64,000 nt of DNA from Arenicellales bacterium (lineage in GTDB: Bacteria; Pseudomonadota; Gammaproteobacteria; Arenicellales; Poriferihabitantaceae): the NCBI GenBank assembly GCA_963457535.1, contig OY734803.1, positions 334,781 through 398,780 on the forward strand, written 5' to 3'. A program made the translations under genes and the position numbers. Below, in pieces: positions 29,253-38,210 of the stretch (positions are counted from its first letter, which is position 1; each line of letters begins with the position of its first letter). The notes beneath the pieces were generated by a model. It made no database searches and was not told where the DNA came from. It saw only the letters and a program-made list of their open reading frames with translations.

Positions 29253-30275
29253 TTACTCCGCCGGGGGCGCGGGCGGAGCGGGCGGCGCCGGGGGTTTGGG
29301 CATCCACGGCCGCCACACTTTCTCGTTGCGCGCGAGCCACCGCGCGGCGGCGCGCGGCGGGTCCATCGCATGCACATCCACCAGCGCGGCCATCACGCCG
29401 ATTTGGCGCGCGGTGAAACTGACGCGCCTCAGCATTCGGTAGGCGGCCGGCCATTTTTTCGGCATGCCGGCCCAGGCCGCTTTTTTCAGGCGGACGCCGG
29501 GCGGATTGCCGCAGTCGTGGGTGGCTTTCGGGTTGACGCCCCACTTTGCGTCGCGCCGGCATTTTGCGTGGAATGCCGGAAACTCGACGAACCTTCCGCG
29601 GTAGAGCGCGTCGGTGAAATTCGGCGACCAGTTAAACATGACGATCGGCGTTTTGTTTTTCACCGCGGTTTCCAATTCCTCCCACAGCGCGGCCGCGCCG
29701 CCGGTATGGACCGTGGTGAAATTCATTTCCAGCGCGTCAATGCGGCGGTAATCGTGCAGCCATTCGGGCGGGCCGTCTACAAACACGCCCTTGCCGCCCG
29801 AATCCGGGCGCGCAAAAATTTCCGAACACTTTTCCAGCGCCTTCCAATCCGGCAGACCCGGGCACAGCCGCGCGACATGCGCCGGATACCACCACTCCTC
29901 GCGCCCGACCGCGGCGTGTTCGCCGGCCTCCACGATGCCGCCTTTGGCGCGCGCCGCGGCAAATGCCGCGCCGGACAACCCCTGCCAAATCTCCACTTGA
30001 AGCGCCGCATCGCCGAGGCGCACCGCCTCATAGACCGCCTGGCTGTCCTCGGAAATGTAGCGGACATTGCAGCCGATTTTCTCGAACAACTGCCCGACCA
30101 CATGCGACATCACCGCCTGGCTCGCCCAAGTGTGCGTCGGAATGACGATCGGGTCGGCCGAACCGCAATCCTGCGCGCGCGCCGCCGGCGCCGGCAGCAT
30201 GCCCAGCGCGAGCAACAGCGCGCATGCGCCCGCTCGCAAACTTCCCAGCAACCGCAAAACGCCGCGCGGCGTCAT
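29253..30275 (-). CDS. ProX/OpuAC-like substrate-binding protein, copy 2 (tandem paralogue with a Pro-rich C-terminal tail)
   Basis: Collinear with copy 1 (QDCGSADPIVIPTHTWASQAVMSHVVGQLFEKIG ...). It ends in KPPAPPAPPAPPAE. The start is taken at 30275 (alternative 30323). The 523-aa track ORF is an upstream extension. Confidence 0.8.
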   Translation of the reverse strand: MTPRGVLRLLGSLRAGACALLLALGMLPAPAARAQDCGSADPIVIPTHTWASQAVMSHVVGQLFEKIGCNVRYISEDSQAVYEAVRLGDAALQVEIWQGLSGAAFAAARAKGGIVEAGEHAAVGREEWWYPAHVARLCPGLPDWKALEKCSEIFARPDSGGKGVFVDGPPEWLHDYRRIDALEMNFTTVHTGGAAALWEELETAVKNKTPIVMFNWSPNFTDALYRGRFVEFPAFHAKCRRDAKWGVNPKATHDCGNPPGVRLKKAAWAGMPKKWPAAYRMLRRVSFTARQIGVMAALVDVHAMDPPRAAARWLARNEKVWRPWMPKPPAPPAPPAPPAE

Positions 30276-30458
30276 TGCGGCGCGCGCAAAAATCCGCGGA
30301 GAAATGTGGTTAGCGCTTCGCATTGCGCCTTGGTCATTGCTTGGGGCTTTGTCCGGGGGAACACTTTGGGGGCGCCGCTTTGATGCCGCGCATGATACCC
30401 CATTCCCGCAACCGGCCGCGAAATCTGCGCTATCATCGGGCTCGCCCGCCTCCCAAAG

Positions 30459-31214
30459 ATGAAACCCGCCACCGACACCATTCGCGTTCTCATCCGCCGC
30501 GGCGACGCGCACAGCGGGCGAATCTGCGTCTATCGCGCGCCGCGCCGCGAAAACCAGACTGTGCTGGATGTGGTCACCTGGATCCAGCGCGAACTCGCGC
30601 CGGATCTGGCATACCGCTTTTCCTGCCGAGTTGGCATGTGCGGCACTTGCGCGATGATGGTCGGCGGCGCGCCGCGGTGGACTTGCCGCACGCATGTAAA
30701 AACCGTGCTGCGGCGCGGACAACTGGAATTGGCACCGTTGCGCTCGCTGCCGATTATCAAGGATTTGGCATGCGACATGTCGGAATTTTTCGCAAAGTGG
30801 CGGCGCGCCGAGGGGCGTTTTCATTCCAGCCCGGAGCGTTCCGGCCGCGCGCAGCCGCCGGTAAAAATTTTGCCGTCCACGCCGGCGCGGCGCGAAGCCG
30901 ACGCGGCGATCGAATGCATCAACTGCGCGGTCTGCTACTCGGCTTGCGATGTGGTCGCATGGAACCGCGATTACCTGGGCCCGGCCGCGCTAAACCGCGC
31001 ATGGTCGCTGCAAAACGACGCGCGCGACTCCGCGCATGCGCGCCGCCTGCGCGCGGTGTCGGCCGGCGGCGGCTGCCAGCATTGCCATTCGCAGCACTCC
31101 TGCGAGAGCTTTTGCCCGGTCGGCCTGAGTCCGGCGCGCTCCATCGCAGGCCTAAAACGCGCGCTCGCGCGCGGCGCGCTTGGGATACGGCCGCATTCGC
31201 CGCCGCACGCATGA
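30459..31214 (+). CDS. Succinate dehydrogenase/fumarate reductase iron-sulfur subunit
   Basis: 2Fe-2S motif CRVGMCGTCAMMVGG, and cluster motifs CINCAVCYSAC and CHSQHSCESFCP. Confidence 0.9.
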   Translation: MKPATDTIRVLIRRGDAHSGRICVYRAPRRENQTVLDVVTWIQRELAPDLAYRFSCRVGMCGTCAMMVGGAPRWTCRTHVKTVLRRGQLELAPLRSLPIIKDLACDMSEFFAKWRRAEGRFHSSPERSGRAQPPVKILPSTPARREADAAIECINCAVCYSACDVVAWNRDYLGPAALNRAWSLQNDARDSAHARRLRAVSAGGGCQHCHSQHSCESFCPVGLSPARSIAGLKRALARGALGIRPHSPPHA

Positions 31215-31546
31215 TGCTCTCACCGAAGTGGTTTCTCGCGCAGCGGCTGAGCGCATTGTTGCTCGCGCCGATGGTCATCGCACATTTGCTCGGCATCATC
31301 TACGCCGCGCAGGGCGGACTCGACGCCGCGGAAATTCTCGCGCGCACCCGCGGTAACTTTTTTCTCGCCGTATTTTATGAGTGCTTCGTCGTTGCGACTG
31401 CGCTGCATGCGTCCATCGGCCTGCGCGTGGTCGGCGCCGAATGGCTGCGGCTGCGCGGTCGCGCGCTCGACTGGCTCAGCGCGCTAAGCGCGTTTGCGCT
31501 GTTTGCGCTCGGCAGTTACGCGGTGTTTGCGGTCGCGGCCGGCTGA
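31211..31546 (+). CDS. Small membrane anchor subunit of the fumarate reductase/SDH-like complex
   Basis: 111 aa with three hydrophobic helices. ATGA overlap with the Fe-S subunit gene. Only the last third of track ORF 30323..31546 is credited. Confidence 0.6.
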   Translation: MMLSPKWFLAQRLSALLLAPMVIAHLLGIIYAAQGGLDAAEILARTRGNFFLAVFYECFVVATALHASIGLRVVGAEWLRLRGRALDWLSALSAFALFALGSYAVFAVAAG

Positions 31547-31893
31547 TGCACCCTCCGCAACATCCGCGCACGCGCGCGCTTTGGCTCGCCTTCCTGCTGC
31601 ACCGCGTCTCCGGAATTTTGCTGGCGCTGTTTTTGCCGCTGCACTTTTATTTGCTGGGGCTCGCGCTGCGCGACGCCGAAGCCCTTGACGGCTACCTCGC
31701 GCTCGCCGCGCACCCATTTTTGAAAATCGCCGAGTTCGGGCTGGTGTTTTTGCTGGCCGCGCATTTGTGCGGCGGCCTGCGCATCCTCGCCTTTGAGTTT
31801 TTGCCATGGCGCAACTGGCAAAAAGGGGCTGCCGCGGCCGCGCTTGCGCTCGCCTTTGCGTTTGCCTGCGGATTTTTGCTGCGCGCGTTTTGA
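31546..31893 (+). CDS. Second small membrane anchor subunit
   Basis: 115 aa with three hydrophobic helices. TGATG overlaps at both ends. Confidence 0.6.
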   Translation: MHPPQHPRTRALWLAFLLHRVSGILLALFLPLHFYLLGLALRDAEALDGYLALAAHPFLKIAEFGLVFLLAAHLCGGLRILAFEFLPWRNWQKGAAAAALALAFAFACGFLLRAF

Positions 31894-33632
31894 TGCGGCA
31901 CAGTGAAACCGACATTCTGATCATCGGCGGCGGCGGTGCCGGTTTGTTCGCCGCGCTGCATGCGCATGCGGCCAACCCGAAACTGCGCATCGCCCTTGCC
32001 GTTAAAGGCCTGCTCGGAAAATGCGGCTGCACGCGCATGGTGCAGGGCGGTTACAACGCCGCCCTCGGCGGCGGCGATTCAGTGGAACTGCATTTTCGCG
32101 ACACCATCGAAGGCGGCAAGTGGCTGCCGCATCAGGAACTCGCATGGCGGCTGTGCGAAACCGCGCCTCTGCGCGTCCGCCAGCTGGAAAATGAATACGG
32201 CTGCTTCTTCGACCGCAACCACGACGGCACACTGCACCAAAAGCCTTTCGCCGGCCAGCGCTTTGACCGTACCGTGCACAAAGGCGATCTGACCGGCATC
32301 GAAATCATGAACCGTCTGATGGAGCAGGCGCGCGAATTGCCGATGCAGATTTTCGAAGAGCATCGCGCACTCGCATTGCTGCCGGCGCGCGACGGCGGCC
32401 GGTTGTGCGGCGCATTGCTCGTGGACATGCGCGGCGGCGAAATGCATTGCGTCCGCGCCGCCGCGACATTGCTGGCGACCGGTGGCGGGCCGACGATGTA
32501 TCGCTACCACACCCCGTCCGGCGACAAATCTATGGATGGGCTGGCAATGGCGCTGCGCCTCGGACTGGGTTTGCGTGACATGGAGATGGTGCAGTTTCAC
32601 CCGACCGGGCTGCTGGCCGGCGCGGATACGCGCATGACCGGGACGGTGCTGGAAGAGGGCCTGCGCGGCGCCGGCGGGCACATTCTGAATGGCGACGGCC
32701 GCCGCTTTCTGCTCGACCATGATGCTGCCGGCGAGCGCGCCACGCGCGACATCGTCAGCCGTGCGATGTTCGCCGAAATGCGCGCCGGGCGTGCCGCGCC
32801 CAACGGCGGCGTCTGGCTGACCATGCGCCACCTCGGCGCGGATTCGGTGCGCCGCCAATTTCCAGGCATGGTGAAACGCTGCGCCGACTGCGGCTTCGAC
32901 CTCGCCGCCGGACAAGTCGAAGTCGCGCCAACCGCGCATTACTTCATGGGCGGAGTCGTAGTTGATGCCGGCGGCGCAAGCGAAATGCCGGGGCTTTTCG
33001 TCGCCGGCGAAGACACCGGCGGCGTGCATGGCGCAAACCGCCTCGGCGGAAACGGCGTCGCCAACTCGACCGTTTTCGGCGGCATTGCCGGCGAGAGCAT
33101 GGCGAAATATGTTGCATCCGAATTCGGCGCCGGCGGGTGCGCCGCGCCGCCGGCGCCGCAACCCGGCTTAGCCGAGGCCGAAGCGGAGCACGCGGCCGAA
33201 CCCTTTTCCCTGCCGCGCGGCAATGTGCATGCGTTGCGCGAGAAACTGCAGGAAACCATGTGGCGCGACGCCGGCGTGCTGCGCGACGCGCCGGGTTTGC
33301 GCAGCGCGATGGCGCAACTCGCGCAGCAAAAGGACGAATTGCGCCGTACGGGCGTCGGCGGCGGGCGCGCTTTCAACCCGGCCTGGCACGACTGGCTCAA
33401 CCTGCGAAGTTTGCTGGATGTTTCCGAGGCGATTGCGGCCGCCGCGCTCGCGCGTGAAAATTCGCGCGGCGCGCATTTCCGCGAAGATTTTCCCGGCGAC
33501 GGCGGACTGCGCAACTCGCATTTCACCGTCTGCCGCCAAACCGGACAAAATGAAAACAGCGTTGAGGTAACGCAGATCCCTGTGGCGTTTACAATACTGC
33601 AGCCACCCGATAATCCCGCACCGCCCGCATGA
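31893..33632 (+). CDS. Succinate dehydrogenase/fumarate reductase flavoprotein subunit-like protein
   Basis: DILIIGGGGAGLFAA FAD fold. HPTG and HYFMGG active-site regions. The C-terminal ESRGAHFREDFP motif is present. Confidence 0.9.
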   Translation: MRHSETDILIIGGGGAGLFAALHAHAANPKLRIALAVKGLLGKCGCTRMVQGGYNAALGGGDSVELHFRDTIEGGKWLPHQELAWRLCETAPLRVRQLENEYGCFFDRNHDGTLHQKPFAGQRFDRTVHKGDLTGIEIMNRLMEQARELPMQIFEEHRALALLPARDGGRLCGALLVDMRGGEMHCVRAAATLLATGGGPTMYRYHTPSGDKSMDGLAMALRLGLGLRDMEMVQFHPTGLLAGADTRMTGTVLEEGLRGAGGHILNGDGRRFLLDHDAAGERATRDIVSRAMFAEMRAGRAAPNGGVWLTMRHLGADSVRRQFPGMVKRCADCGFDLAAGQVEVAPTAHYFMGGVVVDAGGASEMPGLFVAGEDTGGVHGANRLGGNGVANSTVFGGIAGESMAKYVASEFGAGGCAAPPAPQPGLAEAEAEHAAEPFSLPRGNVHALREKLQETMWRDAGVLRDAPGLRSAMAQLAQQKDELRRTGVGGGRAFNPAWHDWLNLRSLLDVSEAIAAAALARENSRGAHFREDFPGDGGLRNSHFTVCRQTGQNENSVEVTQIPVAFTILQPPDNPAPPA

Positions 33633-34555
33633 TCGCCTACCGCACAATCGAGCAAGCGGCTTTCCAACTGATGGAAAAAGCCGCGATCGACATCCCCGAA
33701 GACTACCGCCGCGCGGTCGCCGCGATGAGCGAGCGCGAACAGGGGTTGTCGTGTTTCGTGCTGAAAACCATGCTGGACAACTATGCGGCCGCGAGCGCCG
33801 ACCGCCGGCCGATGTGCGCCGACACCGGACTGCCGCGGTATTATGTGAAGGCCGGCAACGATGCGCGCATAGAAGGTGGTTTTGTCGCGCTGGAAAAAGC
33901 GCTGCGCACGGCAACGGCGCGCGCCACCAAATCGATTCCATTGCGCCCGAACCGCGTGCATCCGCTGTGGCGCACCGACCCGAACAACAATGTCGGCATC
34001 AACGCGCCCGAAATCGACTGGAGTTTTGAACCGAACGCGGACTGGCTCGACCTGACCACCGTGCACAAAGGCGGGCTGTTCGGCAGCGACTACCGCATGC
34101 TGTTTCCCGGCGACGGCATCGACGGCATTAAGCGCTTCCTGCTGGACACGCTGGTCGCCTTCGGCAAGCGCGGCCTCGCCTGCCAGCCGGCCATTGTCGG
34201 CGTCGGCATCGGCGGTTCAAAGGATGCATGCATGATGCTCGGCAAACAGGCCGCCTGCCTGCGCCTGGTTGGCGACCGCCACCCCGACCCGAAGATCGCC
34301 AAATTGGAGGGCGAATTGATGGAACTCGGCAACCGCATCGGCATGGGCGCGATGGGTTTCGCCGGGCGTTCGATGGTCGCCGACTTGCACATTGAAGTCG
34401 GGCACACGCACACCGGCGGCATGCCGGTCAGCGTGCACACTTTTTGCCTGTCATCACGGCGCGCCACCGTGCGCATCGACGCCGGCGGCGCGCGGCATTT
34501 TCGCGACGACCCGAAGTGGTTTTCCGACTACAGCCGGCGCGAGACGGTGGAATGA
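33629..34555 (+). CDS. Class I (Fe-S) fumarate/tartrate hydro-lyase, alpha subunit
   Basis: PMCADTGLP and GIGGSKD segments typical of the FumA/TtdA N-terminal type. Overlaps both flanking genes by 4 nt. Confidence 0.85.
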   Translation: MIAYRTIEQAAFQLMEKAAIDIPEDYRRAVAAMSEREQGLSCFVLKTMLDNYAAASADRRPMCADTGLPRYYVKAGNDARIEGGFVALEKALRTATARATKSIPLRPNRVHPLWRTDPNNNVGINAPEIDWSFEPNADWLDLTTVHKGGLFGSDYRMLFPGDGIDGIKRFLLDTLVAFGKRGLACQPAIVGVGIGGSKDACMMLGKQAACLRLVGDRHPDPKIAKLEGELMELGNRIGMGAMGFAGRSMVADLHIEVGHTHTGGMPVSVHTFCLSSRRATVRIDAGGARHFRDDPKWFSDYSRRETVE

Positions 34556-35220
34556 GCGCGCCCGCGCAAACCCGCTTGAAATTGCCTGCGTCGCGTGACG
34601 ACTTGGCGCGGTTGCGCCTCGGAGATGCGGTCTATATCGACGGCGTCGTCTACACCGGCCGCGAAGGCGTCTACCGCCGCGTGCTCGAAGAAGGCGCGAA
34701 GTTGCCGCTGCCGCCGGAACAAACCGGTCGCGCCAATTTTCACTGCTCGCCGGCCGCGTCAGCCGGCGACGGTGGCGCATACAAAGTTGGAGGCGTAACC
34801 GCCACCGCCAGTTTTCGCTTTGCCAAATGGATGAAGGAATGGTTTGAAATTTCCGGCGCAAACCTGATCATCGGCAAAGGCGGAATGCGCGCGCGCGACT
34901 ACCGCGAACTGTTCGTGCCGGCCGGCGCAATTTATCTCACCACCGTCGGCTACGGCACCGGCGCGCTGCTCGGGCGTGGCATCCGCCGCGTGCGCGATGT
35001 CTTTTGGCTGGAGGAACTCGGCAACGCGCAGGCGATGTGGGTGTTTGAAGTGGAAAACTTCGGGCCTTTTTTGGTTGAGAGCGACCTCAGCGGAAACAGT
35101 TTGTTCGAGCGGGAAGGCGCGCGCATCAACGCAAATATCGAGTCGCTCTACCGCGGCTTAAAATCGCCCGCACTCGGTCGTTTCGGCGAGACCGGCGACC
35201 GCACCGATGAAGTGATTTAA
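34552..35220 (+). CDS. Class I fumarate/tartrate hydro-lyase, beta subunit
   Basis: GDAVYIDGVVYTGREGVY ... IIGKGGM is typical of the beta-type subunit. The ATG at 34552 forms an ATGA overlap. Confidence 0.85.
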   Translation: MSAPAQTRLKLPASRDDLARLRLGDAVYIDGVVYTGREGVYRRVLEEGAKLPLPPEQTGRANFHCSPAASAGDGGAYKVGGVTATASFRFAKWMKEWFEISGANLIIGKGGMRARDYRELFVPAGAIYLTTVGYGTGALLGRGIRRVRDVFWLEELGNAQAMWVFEVENFGPFLVESDLSGNSLFEREGARINANIESLYRGLKSPALGRFGETGDRTDEVI

Positions 35221-35284
35221 TTTTCATGCAGCCGCCGGCGCCAGCAATTCGGGGCCGGCATTCAATCAACAACCCGGAGACGAC

Positions 35285-35929
35285 ATGGAAATATTTGGAG
35301 AGTTTTTTCAACTCGAGAACCTTTTTAAACTCGGGCAGATCATTCTGGTCGACCTGGTGCTGGCCGGCGACAACGCCATCGTCATCGGACTGGTGGCGGC
35401 GCGGTTTTCGGTGGAGCACCGCCGCAAGGTGATTCTCTACGGCGTCGGCGCGGCCGTGTTGCTGCGCATTTTGTTTGCGGTGATCACCGTGCAATTGCTC
35501 GCGATCAAGGGGTTGCTTCTGGTCGGCGGCTTGCTGCTGCTGTGGATCTGCTGGAAGTTGTGGGTGGATTTGCGCAACCCGGCGCCGTCTCCCGCCCCCG
35601 CCGCCGCGAATTTGGACGCGGATAAAAAAGCGGCCGCAAACCCGCCGATGCTCGCGTCCATCATGCAAATCCTGATCGCCGATTTGTCCATGTCGCTGGA
35701 CAATGTGCTCGCCGTTGCCGCGGTCGCCGACGGGCATACCGGGCTTTTGATTCTCGGCCTGGCCATCGCGGTCGCGTTCATGACTTTCTCGGCCGCGCTC
35801 ATCGCCGGCATTCTGCAAAAACACCGCTGGGTCGGCTATGCGGGGCTGACGGTCATCGTTTATGTCGGCCTGCGCATGAGTATTGAAGGAGCAATTGAAG
35901 TGGCCGAGGTTTTGCCGCTGCTCTTTTAA
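35285..35929 (+). CDS. TerC family integral membrane protein
   Basis: The repeated motifs LAGDNAIVIGL and SLDNVLAVAAVA sit in a polytopic 214-aa protein. GGAG lies upstream of the ATG. Confidence 0.85.
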   Translation: MEIFGEFFQLENLFKLGQIILVDLVLAGDNAIVIGLVAARFSVEHRRKVILYGVGAAVLLRILFAVITVQLLAIKGLLLVGGLLLLWICWKLWVDLRNPAPSPAPAAANLDADKKAAANPPMLASIMQILIADLSMSLDNVLAVAAVADGHTGLLILGLAIAVAFMTFSAALIAGILQKHRWVGYAGLTVIVYVGLRMSIEGAIEVAEVLPLLF

Positions 35930-37125
35930 TGTCCGCGCGCTTCCAGCGCGGCGAGCGCCGGCAGAGTTTTGCCTTCCAAAAACTCCAGGAAGGCGCCGCC
36001 GCCGGTGGAGATGCAGGAGAGTTGCGCGCCGAGGCCGAAACGCTCGGCCGCGGCAAGGGTGTCGCCGCCGCCGGCCACCGAGAACGCGGAGGATGCGGCG
36101 ACGGCGCGGCCGAGGGATTCGGTGCCGGCCGCGAATGCCGGGAGTTCAAACATGCCGAGGGGGCCGTTCCAGACGACCGTGCCGGCCGATGCAATCAATT
36201 TTTGACAGCGGGCGATGGAGGCCGGGCCGATGTCCAGAATTATGTCGTCATCTGCGAGCGCGCCGAGCGATTTAACTTCGCCTTTGGCTTCGGGCGAAAT
36301 GTTTTTCGCGACTACGACATCTTCGGGCAGCGCCATCGTGCAGCCGCGCGCGCCGTTTTCGTTTTCATGCAATAACTCGCGCGCGACATCCAGCAAGGCC
36401 GGCTCGGTCAGGGAGTTGCCGACGGCATGACCGGCCGCTTTGAGCAGGGTATTTGCAATCCCGCCGCCGGGAATTAAACAATCGGCGCGCGACGCCAGCG
36501 ACTTGAGCGCGCTCAGCTTGGTCGACACTTTTGCGCCGCCTACGATGGCGACCAGCGGGCGGCGCGGCGCGTCCATGACTTTTGCCAGCGCGTCAATTTC
36601 CGCGAGCAACAGCGGGCCGGCGCAGGCCTCGCGCGCATGCAGCGCGACTCCGTGGGTGGAGGCCTGCTTGCGGTGCGCGGCGCCGAAGGCATCCATGACA
36701 AAGACGTCGCAAAGCGCGGCGTAACTTTTTGCCAGGTCCGGATCGTCGGCGCGTTCGCCGCGGTTGAAACGCACATTCTCCAGCACCACCACTTCGCCGT
36801 CAGCCGGCTGCGGCGGATGTTGCAGATAGTCATCGCACAACCGCACCTCGCGCCCCAACTTGTCGCCGAGATATTTCGCCATCGGCGCGAGCGACAGCGC
36901 CGGGTCGCGCCCGCCCTCGCGCGGGCGGCCGACATGCGACATCAGCATCACTTTGGCGCCGGCGTCCATCGCCAAACGCGCGCCGTCCAGCGCCGAGTCC
37001 AGCCGCTGCGTGGAAGTGATCACGACCCCGCCGGATTTTCCGGGCGCGGTCGGCGCGTTTAAGTCCTGGCGAATCAGCACGCGCTTGCCGCGCAGGCGGA
37101 GCGCGCTCATCGGGGTAATCGCCAT
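35926..37125 (-). CDS. pgk: Phosphoglycerate kinase
   Basis: MAITPMSALRLRGKRVLIRQDLNAP aligns with the Pgk N-terminus. The C-terminal region STGGGAFLEFLEGK is present. The start at 37125 is chosen by N-terminal alignment. Confidence 0.92.
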   Translation of the reverse strand: MAITPMSALRLRGKRVLIRQDLNAPTAPGKSGGVVITSTQRLDSALDGARLAMDAGAKVMLMSHVGRPREGGRDPALSLAPMAKYLGDKLGREVRLCDDYLQHPPQPADGEVVVLENVRFNRGERADDPDLAKSYAALCDVFVMDAFGAAHRKQASTHGVALHAREACAGPLLLAEIDALAKVMDAPRRPLVAIVGGAKVSTKLSALKSLASRADCLIPGGGIANTLLKAAGHAVGNSLTEPALLDVARELLHENENGARGCTMALPEDVVVAKNISPEAKGEVKSLGALADDDIILDIGPASIARCQKLIASAGTVVWNGPLGMFELPAFAAGTESLGRAVAASSAFSVAGGGDTLAAAERFGLGAQLSCISTGGGAFLEFLEGKTLPALAALEARGH

Positions 37126-37145
37126 AAAAAAGAGCGGAAGCGCGC

Positions 37146-38147
37146 TCAGCCGGCGTTCATCAACGCCAGCGTGGTGTCCAGCATTCGGTTGGAGAAGCCC
37201 CACTCGTTGTCATACCACGCGCACACTTTCACCAGCGTGCCGCCGCTGACGCGCGTCATGCCGGCGTCAATGCTCGCTGACAGCGGCGAGTGGTTGAAGT
37301 CCACCGACACCAGCGGCTCTTCGCTGTATGCCATGACCTTGCCGTCGCTGGCCGCTTTCAAAAGCGCGTTGACTTCCTCCACATCGGTGGCGCGCGCGGC
37401 GGTGAAAGTCAAATCCACCAGCGAGACATTGATGGTCGGCACGCGCACCGAAAAGCCGTCCAGTTTGCCGTCCAGTTCCGGCAGCACCAGGCCGACGGCG
37501 GCGGCCGCGCCGGTCTTGGTCGGGATCATGGAGGAAGTCGCCGAGCGCGCGCGGCGTAGGTCGCCGTGGTAGACATCGGTTAGCACCTGGTCATTGGTGT
37601 AGGCGTGAATGGTGTTCATCAGGCCGCTCTTTATGCCGAGGGAATCGTGCAGCGCCTTCGCCATCGGCGCCAGGCAGTTGGTGGTGCAGGACGCGTTGGA
37701 GATGATCGTGTGGTTCGCTTTCAGCGTGTCATGGTTCACGCCATAGACCACGGTGGCGTCCACATCGGCGCCGCCGGGCGCGGAGATGACCACCTTTTTC
37801 GCGCCGGCTTTGAGATGCGCGCCGGCCTTTTCGCGGCTTGCAAAAAAACCGGTGCTTTCAATGACCACATCCACGCCGAGTTCGCCCCACGGCAATGCGG
37901 CCGGGTCGCGCTCGGAGAAAACGCGAATGCGGTCGCCGTTGACGACAATCGCGTCTTCGGCGTGTTCCACGCTTCCGGGAAAGCGGCCGTGCGCGGTGTC
38001 GTAGCGCGTCAAGTGCGCATTGGTGCGCGCGTCTCCGAGATCGTTGATGGCGGCGATGCGAATTTCACCGCAGGCCGATTCATACTTGGCGCGCAGGATG
38101 TTGCGGCCGATGCGGCCGTATCCGTTGATGGCTACCGTGACTGTCAT
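37146..38147 (-). CDS. gap: Glyceraldehyde-3-phosphate dehydrogenase
   Basis: [10 protein letters not shown], and the active site [12 protein letters not shown]. Confidence 0.95.
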   Translation of the reverse strand: MTVTVAINGYGRIGRNILRAKYESACGEIRIAAINDLGDARTNAHLTRYDTAHGRFPGSVEHAEDAIVVNGDRIRVFSERDPAALPWGELGVDVVIESTGFFASREKAGAHLKAGAKKVVISAPGGADVDATVVYGVNHDTLKANHTIISNASCTTNCLAPMAKALHDSLGIKSGLMNTIHAYTNDQVLTDVYHGDLRRARSATSSMIPTKTGAAAAVGLVLPELDGKLDGFSVRVPTINVSLVDLTFTAARATDVEEVNALLKAASDGKVMAYSEEPLVSVDFNHSPLSASIDAGMTRVSGGTLVKVCAWYDNEWGFSNRMLDTTLALMNAG

Positions 38148-38210
38148 GGCGGACTCCCGTGGGACTGGTTGGATGAGTGAACGAAAAAATGCGGCGCAAA
38201 AATGTCGCGG

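Noticed and set aside
35221-35284. Whether a metal-sensing riboswitch (yybP-ykoY type) lies upstream of the TerC-family gene.
   Set aside because: The intergenic region is only 64 nt, and I could not recognise the conserved motif by eye.
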